Below are positions 49,588-61,873 of a stretch of DNA of 64,000 bases, one piece after another. Position 1 is the first letter of the stretch; each line of letters opens with the position of its first letter. The notes beneath the pieces are model-generated. The model was not told where the DNA came from and searched no databases. It saw only the letters and a list, made by a program, of their open reading frames with translations. This stretch comes from Vulcanimicrobiota bacterium. Its GTDB lineage: Bacteria; Vulcanimicrobiota; Vulcanimicrobiia; Vulcanimicrobiales; Vulcanimicrobiaceae. The stretch lies in contig CAVTCS010000003.1 of the NCBI GenBank assembly GCA_963733295.1, forward strand, positions 2,368,001-2,432,000. The letters are read 5' to 3'. The translations under genes and the position numbers were made by a program.

Positions 49588-51174
49588 ATGATGCCCGGCG
49601 CGCAAGCCGAGGTCTGGCTGCTCATCGGTTTACTCTGTGCGACGATTCCGCTCGTCGCACTCGCGCGCCGCTTGGGTATCTCCTATCCGATCGTGCTGGT
49701 GCTTGGGGGCCTCGTTCTCGGCTTCATCCCCGGTCTGCCGCCGATCACATTGGATCCCGATCTCGTGCTCGTGATCTTCTTGCCACCGCTACTCTATTGG
49801 GAATCGATCACGGCTCCGACCGACGTGATGCGCGCGAATCGGCGAGCGATTTGGTTCCTCGCGATCGGACTTGTCATCGCGACGACGGGAATCGTGGCAC
49901 TCGTTGCGCACGCGTTGGTCCCGAGAATGAGTTGGCCCATGGCGTTCGTTCTTGGCGCGATCGTCGCGCCTACCGACGAACTCGCTTCTGCGCCGGTGCT
50001 CGAACGACTTCACATGCCGCGCCGCTTGACCGCGATCATCGAAGGCGAAAGCCTCTTGAACGACGCCTCGTCGCTGATCATTTACGCAGCCGCCGTCACG
50101 GCGACGGTGACGGGCGTCTTTGAGTTCTGGCGGACGCTCGGCCAGTTCTTGCTCTCGGGATTCGCGGGCGTCGCAGTCGGCCTCGCTGCAGGTTGGCTCG
50201 CCGTCCAGGGTTGGCGACGAGTCAAAGCCACCGAACTTCAAACCGTCATCTCCTTCACGCTTCCGTTTCTGTCGTATGTTACGGCTCAACGGTTCGGACT
50301 TTCGGGTGTGCTAGCCGTCGTCTACACCGGAATCTACGCGAACCGCCTGACACCCGCGGTGCTGACTCCCGCGGCTCGCCTTCAGTTGACCGGCTTCTGG
50401 AATACGCTCGTCTTTTTGGCCAACGCGATTCTCTTCTTGCTCGTCGGACTTCAACTGCGCACAGTTACCAGCCGAGTCCTCACCGAATATTCGTGGACGA
50501 CAGTCCTCTGGTACGCGTTCGTCGTCAATGCCGCGATCGTCGTCACGCGCTTCGCATGGTGTCTCGCGCAAGAATACGCGCCCGTGGTGGGCCGAGCGTC
50601 GGGAGGCCACGCGCCGAGTTGGCGGCAGGCCGTCGTCACAGCGTGGTCCGGACTTCGCGGTGCTGTTTCTCTCGCGGCCGCGCTCGCGATACCGGCAGCC
50701 CTTGCGAGCGGCGCACACACCCCGCATCGGAACCTGGTCGTGTTCCTGACGTTCAGCGTGATATTGGTGACGCTCGTCTTCGGTGGCTTGACCCTGCCGC
50801 TCGTCATTCGCATGCTCGGGCTCGGCAGGGCACCCGAAGGCGACGACGACGACGACCTGTCACGCGCACGAATCGAGATGAACCGGGCAGCTCTCAAAAC
50901 GCTCGAGCAACTCGAGCAGTCCGGAGCGATCGACGGGGTCGACGCCCAGTTGCTCCGGACGCGTTACGAGCGACGTCTCGCTCCGCCCTCCGAGAACGCG
51001 CGACGGGAGCGGCGCCTCGCGGCCGAGCGCGCGCTCCTGGACTCGGAGCGCACCGCCCTGATCGAGCTGCGCGCCCGAGGTGCGATCGACAACACGACGC
51101 AGCGCCGGCTGCAGCATTGGCTCGACGTCAGCGGCGAGACGATCCCATCGGAGCCGTCCGAGGACGACGAGTGA
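49588..51174 (+). CDS. Na+/H+ antiporter, CPA1 family (YjcE/NhaK-like)
   Basis: Motifs FLPPLLY, APTD, EGESLLNDA and GLRGAVSLAAALAIP. Confidence 0.9.
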   Translation: MMPGAQAEVWLLIGLLCATIPLVALARRLGISYPIVLVLGGLVLGFIPGLPPITLDPDLVLVIFLPPLLYWESITAPTDVMRANRRAIWFLAIGLVIATTGIVALVAHALVPRMSWPMAFVLGAIVAPTDELASAPVLERLHMPRRLTAIIEGESLLNDASSLIIYAAAVTATVTGVFEFWRTLGQFLLSGFAGVAVGLAAGWLAVQGWRRVKATELQTVISFTLPFLSYVTAQRFGLSGVLAVVYTGIYANRLTPAVLTPAARLQLTGFWNTLVFLANAILFLLVGLQLRTVTSRVLTEYSWTTVLWYAFVVNAAIVVTRFAWCLAQEYAPVVGRASGGHAPSWRQAVVTAWSGLRGAVSLAAALAIPAALASGAHTPHRNLVVFLTFSVILVTLVFGGLTLPLVIRMLGLGRAPEGDDDDDLSRARIEMNRAALKTLEQLEQSGAIDGVDAQLLRTRYERRLAPPSENARRERRLAAERALLDSERTALIELRARGAIDNTTQRRLQHWLDVSGETIPSEPSEDDE

Positions 51175-51217
51175 GCCGGCATGGGCGAGGACCGCGGAAC
51201 GAGAAGCGGGTGGTCAG

Positions 51218-51931
51218 ATGAACGCTCTGAGCCACATTTTTCTCCACGTCGCTTTCTGCGCGGCAATGCTACGCGCCCCGAGCGGAGCGCAAGTCCCGCT
51301 CCACGTGACGATGACGCACCACAATGGCGTCACCGCCTTCGATCAGGAATTCAAGGCAGTACGCGAGGGCAAAGACACGGTCCTCGAGTTCGACGTGTCG
51401 CCGGGCATCTATCGGCTCATCATCGATTCGCCGAAGTACGGCTGCTCGCGGGTCGATTTCCTCAACGTCCTCGACGGGCTGAATCGAAACGTGAGCGAGA
51501 CGATGGCGGACACGCCGCCGGAGCCGCCGCGAGACGGAGTGGCGCTCGTCGATGGAACCGCACCGCAGTCGTTCGTCTACCTGAAGCCGACCTTCGTGAT
51601 GTTCGATAAGAGCTTGGCGTGCAACCAGCCCGTCACAACGCCGCTCCCGGTCCGCACCGACGTCGAATACGATACGGGTTCCTACCACTTGTGGCTGCAT
51701 TCCGACGCCGCTCTGTTGGCGCAGGCGCCGCTGGTCGCCGCTCTACGGTTGCAAACGCCGACGAGCACAGCGCACTACGTGCGGGTCAGAATACCGTTCC
51801 CGATACCTTGGACGGGCTGGCCGGGCGTTTTCGAAATGAACATTACCGAAGACATGGTCGACGGGCTCTCGACAGAGAAAGTCGATACGCTGCTCTGTCC
51901 CAAGATCTGGCAAACGAGCGTTCCGGGCTAG
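51218..51931 (+). CDS. Hypothetical protein, possibly secreted
   Basis: ORF downstream of the antiporter with a hydrophobic N-terminus. No family recognised. Confidence 0.55.
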   Translation: MNALSHIFLHVAFCAAMLRAPSGAQVPLHVTMTHHNGVTAFDQEFKAVREGKDTVLEFDVSPGIYRLIIDSPKYGCSRVDFLNVLDGLNRNVSETMADTPPEPPRDGVALVDGTAPQSFVYLKPTFVMFDKSLACNQPVTTPLPVRTDVEYDTGSYHLWLHSDAALLAQAPLVAALRLQTPTSTAHYVRVRIPFPIPWTGWPGVFEMNITEDMVDGLSTEKVDTLLCPKIWQTSVPG

Positions 51932-51943
51932 TGACACTTAGGA

Positions 51944-53020
51944 CTAAACCGCTTTGTTTGCGCTCCGGATCGCGGGCGCGACGATGCGGACGATGATAAC
52001 CTGCAATGCGGCCGCGGCTGGAACCGCCAAGAACGCTCCGGCAATGCCCAGCAGCGTGCCGCCCAGAACCGTCGAAAACACGATCAGTAAGAAACTGAGT
52101 TGCACTCGCTGCCCGAATATGATCGGCGAGAGCGCGTTCTGATCGATGAGTTGAACGATGATGAAGGCGCCGGTCGCAAAGAGCGCCTTCGTCCAACCCG
52201 CCGTGGCCAAAGCGGCGAGGATGATGATCGGTCCGGAAATGATCGCGCCGACGAGCGGGATCGCCTGAAAGATGGCCGCCACGAAACCGAGGAGCAACGC
52301 GTACGGAATCCCGAGTAGCGCCAACGCGATGCCGGTCGCAACGCCCACCACGATTCCGTTGATCACGACACCTTGAACGTAGGCTCCCAGCTTCACGCCG
52401 ATCTCGTCAAACGCCGCGCCCCAACGTTCGCGCAGGATGGGCGGCAGCAAGCTCAGCACGAAGGCCGCGAGCTCCCCGGCGGACATCAGCCAAGCGACCG
52501 TGAGCAAGATGATCAGGACGCCGTCTCCGACCATTTGGGCCAAGAGTGCCGGACCGCCGAGCAGTTTCTGTCCGAACGAACCGAGCAAAGCGCTAGCGGT
52601 GCCCGAGAGACTCGCCGCGAGCGCCTGGACGCCTTCGCTTTGATGCAAGAACTTTTGCGTTTCCAGAAACTGGCTCTGCAGCGACTGCGCGATGTCGGGC
52701 ATAGCCGTCAGCAGGCGCGACGACTCGCTTCCCAGCGGTTGCAGCAGCGCGATCGTCGCCGTGACGAACGCGAGCAGCACCGAACCGAGCACGGCCAAGA
52801 TGGCGACGCCCCCCGGCACTCTTTTCGCGAGCCGATTGACCGACGGGCGCAGACCTTCGGCCAAGAGTATCGCGGTAAAAAGCAATAAGAACGCCGACAG
52901 TGCGTTCGCAACGACGAGCCAGAGCAGAACCGCGAAGCTGATCGTGGCTGCGCCTAAGAGCCAGCCGCGCAACGTGAGCGCGACGGTGCGACGTCCGATC
53001 TGCGCGTCCTTGGGCTCCAT
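51944..53020 (-). CDS. AI-2E (PerM) family transporter
   Basis: Motifs IPLVGA, QLIDQNALSPIIFG and GAFLAVP. Start could be 53020 or 53053. Confidence 0.85.
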   Translation of the reverse strand: MEPKDAQIGRRTVALTLRGWLLGAATISFAVLLWLVVANALSAFLLLFTAILLAEGLRPSVNRLAKRVPGGVAILAVLGSVLLAFVTATIALLQPLGSESSRLLTAMPDIAQSLQSQFLETQKFLHQSEGVQALAASLSGTASALLGSFGQKLLGGPALLAQMVGDGVLIILLTVAWLMSAGELAAFVLSLLPPILRERWGAAFDEIGVKLGAYVQGVVINGIVVGVATGIALALLGIPYALLLGFVAAIFQAIPLVGAIISGPIIILAALATAGWTKALFATGAFIIVQLIDQNALSPIIFGQRVQLSFLLIVFSTVLGGTLLGIAGAFLAVPAAAALQVIIVRIVAPAIRSANKAV

Positions 53021-53169
53021 CTGCCGCGACGGGTTCCGTCCCGGAAAGCTCATCCCTTCGCGGCGCTTGACCTTGTGTAGCCGCCACACTCTCGTTCACG
53101 CACCGCGACATCCGGCCCGGCGAACAGATGACAGGGTTCGGAGCGGGGCGGCACGCACTCTTGGACGAC

Positions 53170-53964
53170 ATGGCGAACGAAAGCTACGCGCTGATCACCG
53201 GCGCATCAAGCGGCTTAGGAATGGACTTCGCGCGCCAGCTGGCCGGCCGCGGTTACGATCTCGTGCTCGTCGCGCGGCGTGAGGACAGGTTGCGTGCGCT
53301 GGCGACCGAGATCGAGCGGGATTCGGGCAGGCACGTCGAGGTCGTCGTCGCCGACCTCGCGCTGGACGCCGAACGGGAGCGCGTCGCACAAACCGCGCTC
53401 GCGCTCGCGAAACCGGTCGAGGTGCTCGTGAACAACGCCGGCCTCGGATTGTACGGCCGCTTCCACGCGATCCCGTGGACGAAGGAACGGCAAATGCTCG
53501 ACGTCGACATCGAGGCGGTCGTCCACCTCACGAAGCTGCTGACGCCGGCCATGATCGCACGCGGGAACGGTTACGTCCTCAACGTCGCCTCAAATGGGGC
53601 CTATCAGCCGACGCCGCTCTACGCGAGCTATGCCGCGGCCAAAGCCTTCGTCCTCTCTTTTTCGCAAGCGATCAACTTCGAGTTTCGCGGAACCGGCGTC
53701 AGCGTTACCGTCGTTTCACCCGGCGTCACCGCGACGGAATTCTTAGCCGTCTCCAAGCAACGGCCGACGCTGTACCAAAGGCTACTGATGGGGCGCAGCA
53801 AGACCGTCGTCAACAAAGCCCTGAAAGCGATGTTCGCGCGACGTCCGGAGATCATTCCCGGTGCTGTGAACTACGCGCTGGCTACGTCCGGGGCGGTCTT
53901 ACCCGGCTCGCTCAAAGCCCGCCTCGCGTATCATCTGATGCGTTCCAACGAAGCCGTGCACTAG
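53170..53964 (+). CDS. SDR family oxidoreductase (DltE-like)
   Basis: Motifs TGASSGLG, VNNAG and YAAAK. Confidence 0.9.
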   Translation: MANESYALITGASSGLGMDFARQLAGRGYDLVLVARREDRLRALATEIERDSGRHVEVVVADLALDAERERVAQTALALAKPVEVLVNNAGLGLYGRFHAIPWTKERQMLDVDIEAVVHLTKLLTPAMIARGNGYVLNVASNGAYQPTPLYASYAAAKAFVLSFSQAINFEFRGTGVSVTVVSPGVTATEFLAVSKQRPTLYQRLLMGRSKTVVNKALKAMFARRPEIIPGAVNYALATSGAVLPGSLKARLAYHLMRSNEAVH

Positions 53965-54932
53965 GCGCGTTCGAGAAAGCGCTCGAGCTTGGAGCGCTTG
54001 GTTTTGTGCAACAGCGGCGCCCAAAGGTCTCCGGTGCGTGCGAGACGTTCGCGCACGTTGTCCACGCGGAACTCGCCGATGTCGACACCGCGCTTCACCT
54101 CGTCCCACGTTACGGGTGTCGAGACGGTGGCGTGGGGCGTCGGCCGTACGGAGTAGACGGAAGCGAGTGTGCGGCCCCATGCGTTCTGGTTGTAATCGAC
54201 GAGAACGCGTCCCTGAGGCCGCTTTGCGATCTTGTACTCGGCAGTCATGATGTCGGGCCGCCGAGCCGCGACGGCGAAGGCCAAAGCCTTCGCGAAACGC
54301 CAGACCTCCTTCTGAACCGGGCCTCGCACGATCGGAACGTAGACGTGCATGCCGCTCGACCCGGAAGTTTTCGCATATGCCGGAAGCCCCAAGTCGTCGA
54401 GCGCCGTCTTCAATTCGAGCGCCGCCTCGCGCACGACCTCGAAGCTCGTCGCGCCCTTCTGCGCGTCTTTGACCGGATCGAGATCGAAGTGCAAATAGTC
54501 GGGTCTGTCGACGTCATCGCAGGTCGCATACCACTGATTGAGATCGATGCAGCCGAGGTTGACGATCCAGAGCAGCGTTGCCAAGTCGTCGACCATCGGG
54601 AAATCGATGACGTTGCCGGAACCGTGTTCGATGCGGCATACGTCGAGCCAAGGCGGTGCGCCGCTCGGCGTTCGCTTCATGAAAAAGAAGGCGCCGGGTG
54701 CTCCGTTCGGATAACGCTTCATCACCATGGCGCGCCGCGCGACGTGCGGCAGTAAGAGCGGCGCGACGTCGGCATAATACTGAAGCAGCCCACCCTTCGT
54801 CAGGCCCGTCTCGGGAAAGAAGACCTTTTGCAGATTGGTGAGATGAACGTCGCGCGTTCCGGCGCGCACGGTTGCCGAGCTTGCGTTTTTGGGAATCTCG
54901 ACCGGCTGGGCGCGGCGCGCAGGCGAAGCCAT
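53961..54932 (-). CDS. Stand-alone LigD polymerase / primase-polymerase domain protein
   Basis: Motifs LTNLQKVFFP, RYPNG, FDLDP, KTSGSSGMH, DYNQN and YSVRP. Confidence 0.88.
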   Translation of the reverse strand: MASPARRAQPVEIPKNASSATVRAGTRDVHLTNLQKVFFPETGLTKGGLLQYYADVAPLLLPHVARRAMVMKRYPNGAPGAFFFMKRTPSGAPPWLDVCRIEHGSGNVIDFPMVDDLATLLWIVNLGCIDLNQWYATCDDVDRPDYLHFDLDPVKDAQKGATSFEVVREAALELKTALDDLGLPAYAKTSGSSGMHVYVPIVRGPVQKEVWRFAKALAFAVAARRPDIMTAEYKIAKRPQGRVLVDYNQNAWGRTLASVYSVRPTPHATVSTPVTWDEVKRGVDIGEFRVDNVRERLARTGDLWAPLLHKTKRSKLERFLERA

Positions 54933-55016
54933 GAGGAGTGCCTTCTACGCGTGCGCCCGAGCACACCCCGGCGTCACTCGCCAGGCTCCGGAGCCGTTCC
55001 GTCCGATAGTCGGGAC

Positions 55017-56105
55017 ATGCGAGCACCATGCTTACGACTGGGCGTGACTCTTCTCGCGTTCGCTCTGGCGGCATGCAGCGGCGGTGGCAGCGTCGTCGGC
55101 AACCCCGGACCGACGCCGACGCCGGGCCCGGCCTCCAGCCCGACGCCTGCCGGCAGCGCAACGCCTTCCACGAGCGGGAACGTCACGGGCGCGGTCTACG
55201 ACCTCTCTTCGTATAACCCGAGCCTGACGGGCGGGGGCGGCGTGGGTTGGTCGGTGCTGCCGAACGGATCACCCGCGCCCGGCGTCAACCCCGTCCCGGG
55301 CGCGATCGTCGTGATTGGCGGGACGCTCATTACCGGCGCGACCGCGCCGCCTTCCATGCCGGGCGACGATGCAATGGCCGTCACCAACTCCGGCGGAGCG
55401 TTCGCGTTGAACACGTCGGCGACCGGCGCACAATTCATCATGGTTTTCCCGGGCGCGGGCGACAAAGTGCACGCGGCCGCGATTCATCGCACGACATCGC
55501 TCGTTGCGGGAAAGAACGCTCTTCCAACGCAGTTGATGGCGGCGGTGACGAGCGATGAAGCCGCGTGGCTGACTCAAGTCAACGCCGACCGCGCGGCAAA
55601 CGGCTCCGCGCCGCTCGTCTTCGACGAAGCGCTTCTCGAGTCGGGCCGGTATTGGGCGAACTTCATGGCGACGACGGGGTATTTCAATCATTGCATACCG
55701 GCCTCGTCGTGTGGCGGACCCTCTGCAACGCCGCCGCCCGGCGCAGCGCCGCAAGATGCCACGCCGGCGACGCGAGATGCGTATTTCAATGCGTACTTCG
55801 GAGGATGGGGCGAGAATATCGCGGCCGGTTTTCCGACTTGGGCGGCAGCCGAGTCGGCTTTCATGGCCGAGAAGGCGAACTGCCCTGGCGATACTGCGAC
55901 GGGCTGTCCGTTTACCGAATCGACGGGTCACTTCTTGAACATCGTCGACCCGAGTTACCTTTGGGCCGGACTCGGTGAAGGCCTGAACGGCGCGGGCTAC
56001 GGTGACTACTACGATCAGGAGTTCGCGACGCCCGGTTCGAGTATGGCGTCGTCGAGCTCGCTGCCGAACGAACGGATGGCGCGCCCGCTGACGCCCTCTC
56101 GCTAG
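55017..56105 (+). CDS. CAP-domain lipoprotein
   Basis: LAAC lipobox, Pro/Thr linker, VNADRA, YFNH, GENIAAG and GHFLNI. Confidence 0.8.
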   Translation: MRAPCLRLGVTLLAFALAACSGGGSVVGNPGPTPTPGPASSPTPAGSATPSTSGNVTGAVYDLSSYNPSLTGGGGVGWSVLPNGSPAPGVNPVPGAIVVIGGTLITGATAPPSMPGDDAMAVTNSGGAFALNTSATGAQFIMVFPGAGDKVHAAAIHRTTSLVAGKNALPTQLMAAVTSDEAAWLTQVNADRAANGSAPLVFDEALLESGRYWANFMATTGYFNHCIPASSCGGPSATPPPGAAPQDATPATRDAYFNAYFGGWGENIAAGFPTWAAAESAFMAEKANCPGDTATGCPFTESTGHFLNIVDPSYLWAGLGEGLNGAGYGDYYDQEFATPGSSMASSSSLPNERMARPLTPSR

Positions 56106-56107
56106 CG

Positions 56108-56329
56108 CTACGTGTTGTTTCTGATCTCCCGCTTTGCGTGGTCGATGCCCGCGAGCGTTTCTTCCTTGGCTTGATTCGCGACAGAGCGAACCTTCTCTCC
56201 GGGAGTGAGCGCGTCACCGCTCAGGTCGCGCTCCGTTTGTTCCGTGTCGGCGTTCGCTTTGTGAGCCGCCTCGCCGAAGGCGTCTTTCACGTTGTCGATC
56301 GTTTTCCGGAGATCTTCTTTGATACCCAT
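56108..56329 (-). CDS. Small hydrophilic protein (CsbD-like stress-protein character)
   Basis: Charged amphipathic 73-aa ORF co-oriented with the lmo0937-like gene. Confidence 0.55.
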   Translation of the reverse strand: MGIKEDLRKTIDNVKDAFGEAAHKANADTEQTERDLSGDALTPGEKVRSVANQAKEETLAGIDHAKREIRNNT

Positions 56330-56333
56330 AACG

Positions 56334-56492
56334 TTATACCCTGACCCCTCTGCCGGTCACGACGTTGACGATCACCATGATGACCGCGAGGACCAATAAG
56401 AGGTGAATCAAGCCGCCTCCGACGTGCAACAGAAAACCGAGGAGCCAAAGAGCGAAGAGTACGACGATGACGGCCCACAAAATTCCGGCCAC
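56334..56492 (-). CDS. lmo0937 family small membrane protein
   Basis: LWLLGF...GGLIHLLLVLA. GTG 56492 follows GGAAGG. Confidence 0.8.
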   Translation of the reverse strand: MAGILWAVIVVLFALWLLGFLLHVGGGLIHLLLVLAVIMVIVNVVTGRGVRV

Positions 56493-56592
56493 TATGAGTT
56501 TCCTTCCGCGCGATTTGAGTGTTGATTGTTCATGTGTCCGCAGCATTACCCAAACCCGGACTGACTCAACCCGACGCGCGCAAAAAATCTCG

Positions 56593-57051
56593 CTAGGGGT
56601 GAATCTGATCGGTCCAGCGCACCGTCTCCGGCGCTTCAACCATTGGTATATCCAAGTTCACGACGATTGGTTCTTGGCCGCTTCGAACGAGAACGCACTC
56701 GAGCGGCTCGTCCGCAATCGCGTTGATCTCTTGGTGCGGCACGAACGGCGGGACGTAGATGAAGTCGCCGGGTCCGGCCTCGGCAACGTATTCGAGCGCA
56801 TCGCCCCAGCGCATCCGCGCTCGGCCGCGTACGACGTAGATGATGCTCTCGAGGTCGCCGTGATGATGCGCGCCGGTCTTTGCGTTGGGCTCGATCGTAA
56901 CGGTACCGGCCCACAGCTTCTCGGCGCCGGTGCGGGCTCGCGTTATCGCCGCGGCTCGACTCATGCCCTGAGTTTGCGGCGTGTTGCAGTCGAGCTGATC
57001 CGCAGAAATGACGCGCACGCCCGCGTGCTTCCAATCGGTCGGTGACTTCAT
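56593..57051 (-). CDS. Cupin domain protein
   Basis: Motifs TGAHHHG, ESIIYV and GDFIYVPPFVPHQE. Confidence 0.85.
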   Translation of the reverse strand: MKSPTDWKHAGVRVISADQLDCNTPQTQGMSRAAAITRARTGAEKLWAGTVTIEPNAKTGAHHHGDLESIIYVVRGRARMRWGDALEYVAEAGPGDFIYVPPFVPHQEINAIADEPLECVLVRSGQEPIVVNLDIPMVEAPETVRWTDQIHP

Positions 57052-57136
57052 GCCCACTCCAACAGTGCGTCTTGGGCGAACGTGGCAATTCTCAGGTCGA
57101 AAATGGCAGCTGCGCACGTGCGGCGAAAGGCGGCCG

Positions 57137-59849
<2,713 letters not shown>

Positions 59850-59888
59850 TCACGATACGCGCCCGGGCACCCGGCTGTCAACAATCGC

Positions 59889-61787
59889 TTACTTGGGGGG
59901 CGTGAACGTCTTCGGCGCATAGATCGCTTGGAGCACGTCCGGCTTCGACGGGTCGCGCTTAAGATGCGGATAGCGCTCGCCACCGTTCCACTTGATCTCG
60001 ACGACTTTGAAGAAATCGCCATTCGCGACGATCATCTCGACGGGTCCTTTGCTTCCGGCCGATTCCTTCACGGTCCGATGCAAGAGGTCGAGCGAGTACG
60101 CTCGGCCGTTGACTGCGATGATTTTCATATCCGGGGCGATTCCCGCGACGTCCGCCGGCGAACCCGGAACTACGTCTTTCACCATTCCCGCGCTGCCGGG
60201 GTCGTCAGGGTCGTTGGAAATCGCCAACCCGAGCGAATACAGGAAATTTGCCGTCTTGAAATCTTCTTCTTGTTGCTTGGCGACTTCGCTCTGGTTTCCA
60301 TCGAACACGAGCGTGTAGCCCCCGCCGGTGATCCCGCCGAGCGGAGCGTGAGGACGAATTTGCCCGACCCGCTGCTCGAAGAAAGCTGCCCAGTCGTACG
60401 GCGCGACCTGGTTCAAAAGCGCGTACACGTCCGTCGCGGTGTAGGTTTTGACGCTTGGCGTGGTGCTGCCGCCGGCGGCCCAGAGCTTGCAGAAGTCGTC
60501 GATCGAGCGGGCACCGTTTGTGAGCTTGCGGATCGTGACGTCGACTTCGAGCCAGAGTAGATGCCCCTCGGTGTAGAAATCGTTCGCCTTGCGCCGCAAC
60601 TCGTACCACTGGTCGGGAGACAGGTAAGCCAAAGGCGCTTCGTCCGCGGTGTCCTGGAGGGGCCGCCAATCGCGACCTCGTTCGTAGTCCATCATGGCCG
60701 CTGAATCGGCCAAAGCCTCGAGCTCGTCGTCGAACGAATTGAGACGGGCGCGCGTGGAAAGAACCCGCCCGAGGTATTCGTTGAGGCCTTCGTACACCCA
60801 AAGCAAGTCGGTGCGTTCGGGAGCTTGATAATCCGCAACGAAGAGGTCGGCCGGCCGGCGATACTTTCCGTTCCAAGAGTGCGAATACTCGTGAGACATC
60901 AGGTCGGTTATGTCGGCGCGGAACCTGGCGGGATCGCTCAGGTATTCTTCAAAGTCGCGATTGTCGCTCGACTCGTGGTGCTCGATGCCTTGCACGCCGA
61001 TGCTGTCGCTGAGGGCGAGCAGAAAATGATAGTCGCGGTAGTGCTTGACGCCATAAAGCGCCGGGCCCTCGGCCACAAGGTGCTGCATTCCGGTCAGCAC
61101 CGAAGGCGCGATCTCAAGCGCCGAAGCGCTATCCGCCGCCACGTCGAGCTCGTGTTCGCCGCCGAGCGGAATCGCGCGAAAGAAACGCCCCGACTCGATC
61201 GGCGAATCGACGACCGTATACAAGGAGGCGCGCGCGAAGGTAACGTTCGAACCCGAGCGCGACGCCACGGGTAATGCGGTTCCGAAATTCCATCCATCGG
61301 GCAGCTTCAACGTCGCGTCGACCGGGATGTCCATCGCGACGCCCCCCTGGGGATACATCGCGAACGTGCTGTATTCGAGCACCGCGATGTTGGCGTCGCC
61401 CACCGGCGAGAACTCGCCGGTGTTCGACTTCGCGCGCACGACGTCGAAGGTGACTCGCAGCCGGTTCGCACCGGCGGGCACGTTCGTGTGAAACGCATAG
61501 AAGTCAACCAGGTCGCGTCGCCAGGGGATCTGCGTTCCGTTGGCTGACACGTAGAGGTTCACGACATCTTCCACCGGCCCCACCGGACCGTGGTACCCCG
61601 GGATCCACTTGGGATACACGAACGTGAACGGACCGGGCGCCGCCGGCATCGTGACCACGACGTGATAGATGCCCCGCGGCGCGCTGCTCGCATCGACTGC
61701 GATGGTCAGCGGAGGTCCGCTTTGTGCGCTGCCGGGTCTCCCCGCTAAGAGCAGCGCAAGGCTCAAAAAAAACAGGGCGCTCGTCAT
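59889..61787 (-). CDS. M61 family metallopeptidase with C-terminal PDZ domain
   Basis: Motifs PKWIPG, GIEH, HEYSHSWN, LWVYEG and GSPADVAGI. Confidence 0.9.
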   Translation of the reverse strand: MTSALFFLSLALLLAGRPGSAQSGPPLTIAVDASSAPRGIYHVVVTMPAAPGPFTFVYPKWIPGYHGPVGPVEDVVNLYVSANGTQIPWRRDLVDFYAFHTNVPAGANRLRVTFDVVRAKSNTGEFSPVGDANIAVLEYSTFAMYPQGGVAMDIPVDATLKLPDGWNFGTALPVASRSGSNVTFARASLYTVVDSPIESGRFFRAIPLGGEHELDVAADSASALEIAPSVLTGMQHLVAEGPALYGVKHYRDYHFLLALSDSIGVQGIEHHESSDNRDFEEYLSDPARFRADITDLMSHEYSHSWNGKYRRPADLFVADYQAPERTDLLWVYEGLNEYLGRVLSTRARLNSFDDELEALADSAAMMDYERGRDWRPLQDTADEAPLAYLSPDQWYELRRKANDFYTEGHLLWLEVDVTIRKLTNGARSIDDFCKLWAAGGSTTPSVKTYTATDVYALLNQVAPYDWAAFFEQRVGQIRPHAPLGGITGGGYTLVFDGNQSEVAKQQEEDFKTANFLYSLGLAISNDPDDPGSAGMVKDVVPGSPADVAGIAPDMKIIAVNGRAYSLDLLHRTVKESAGSKGPVEMIVANGDFFKVVEIKWNGGERYPHLKRDPSKPDVLQAIYAPKTFTPPK

Positions 61788-61873
61788 GCGAGCGGCAGAT
61801 CGGCAAGTCATGTCCGGGGCATTTGGTGCGAGTCTGAAAAATCCGGCAACGGGACTCGCGCCTGGTTCGCGAA

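Noticed and set aside
49492..49590. yybP-ykoY Mn riboswitch upstream of mntP
   Set aside because: The expected conserved sequence elements were not found. It is reported only as an unassigned structure.
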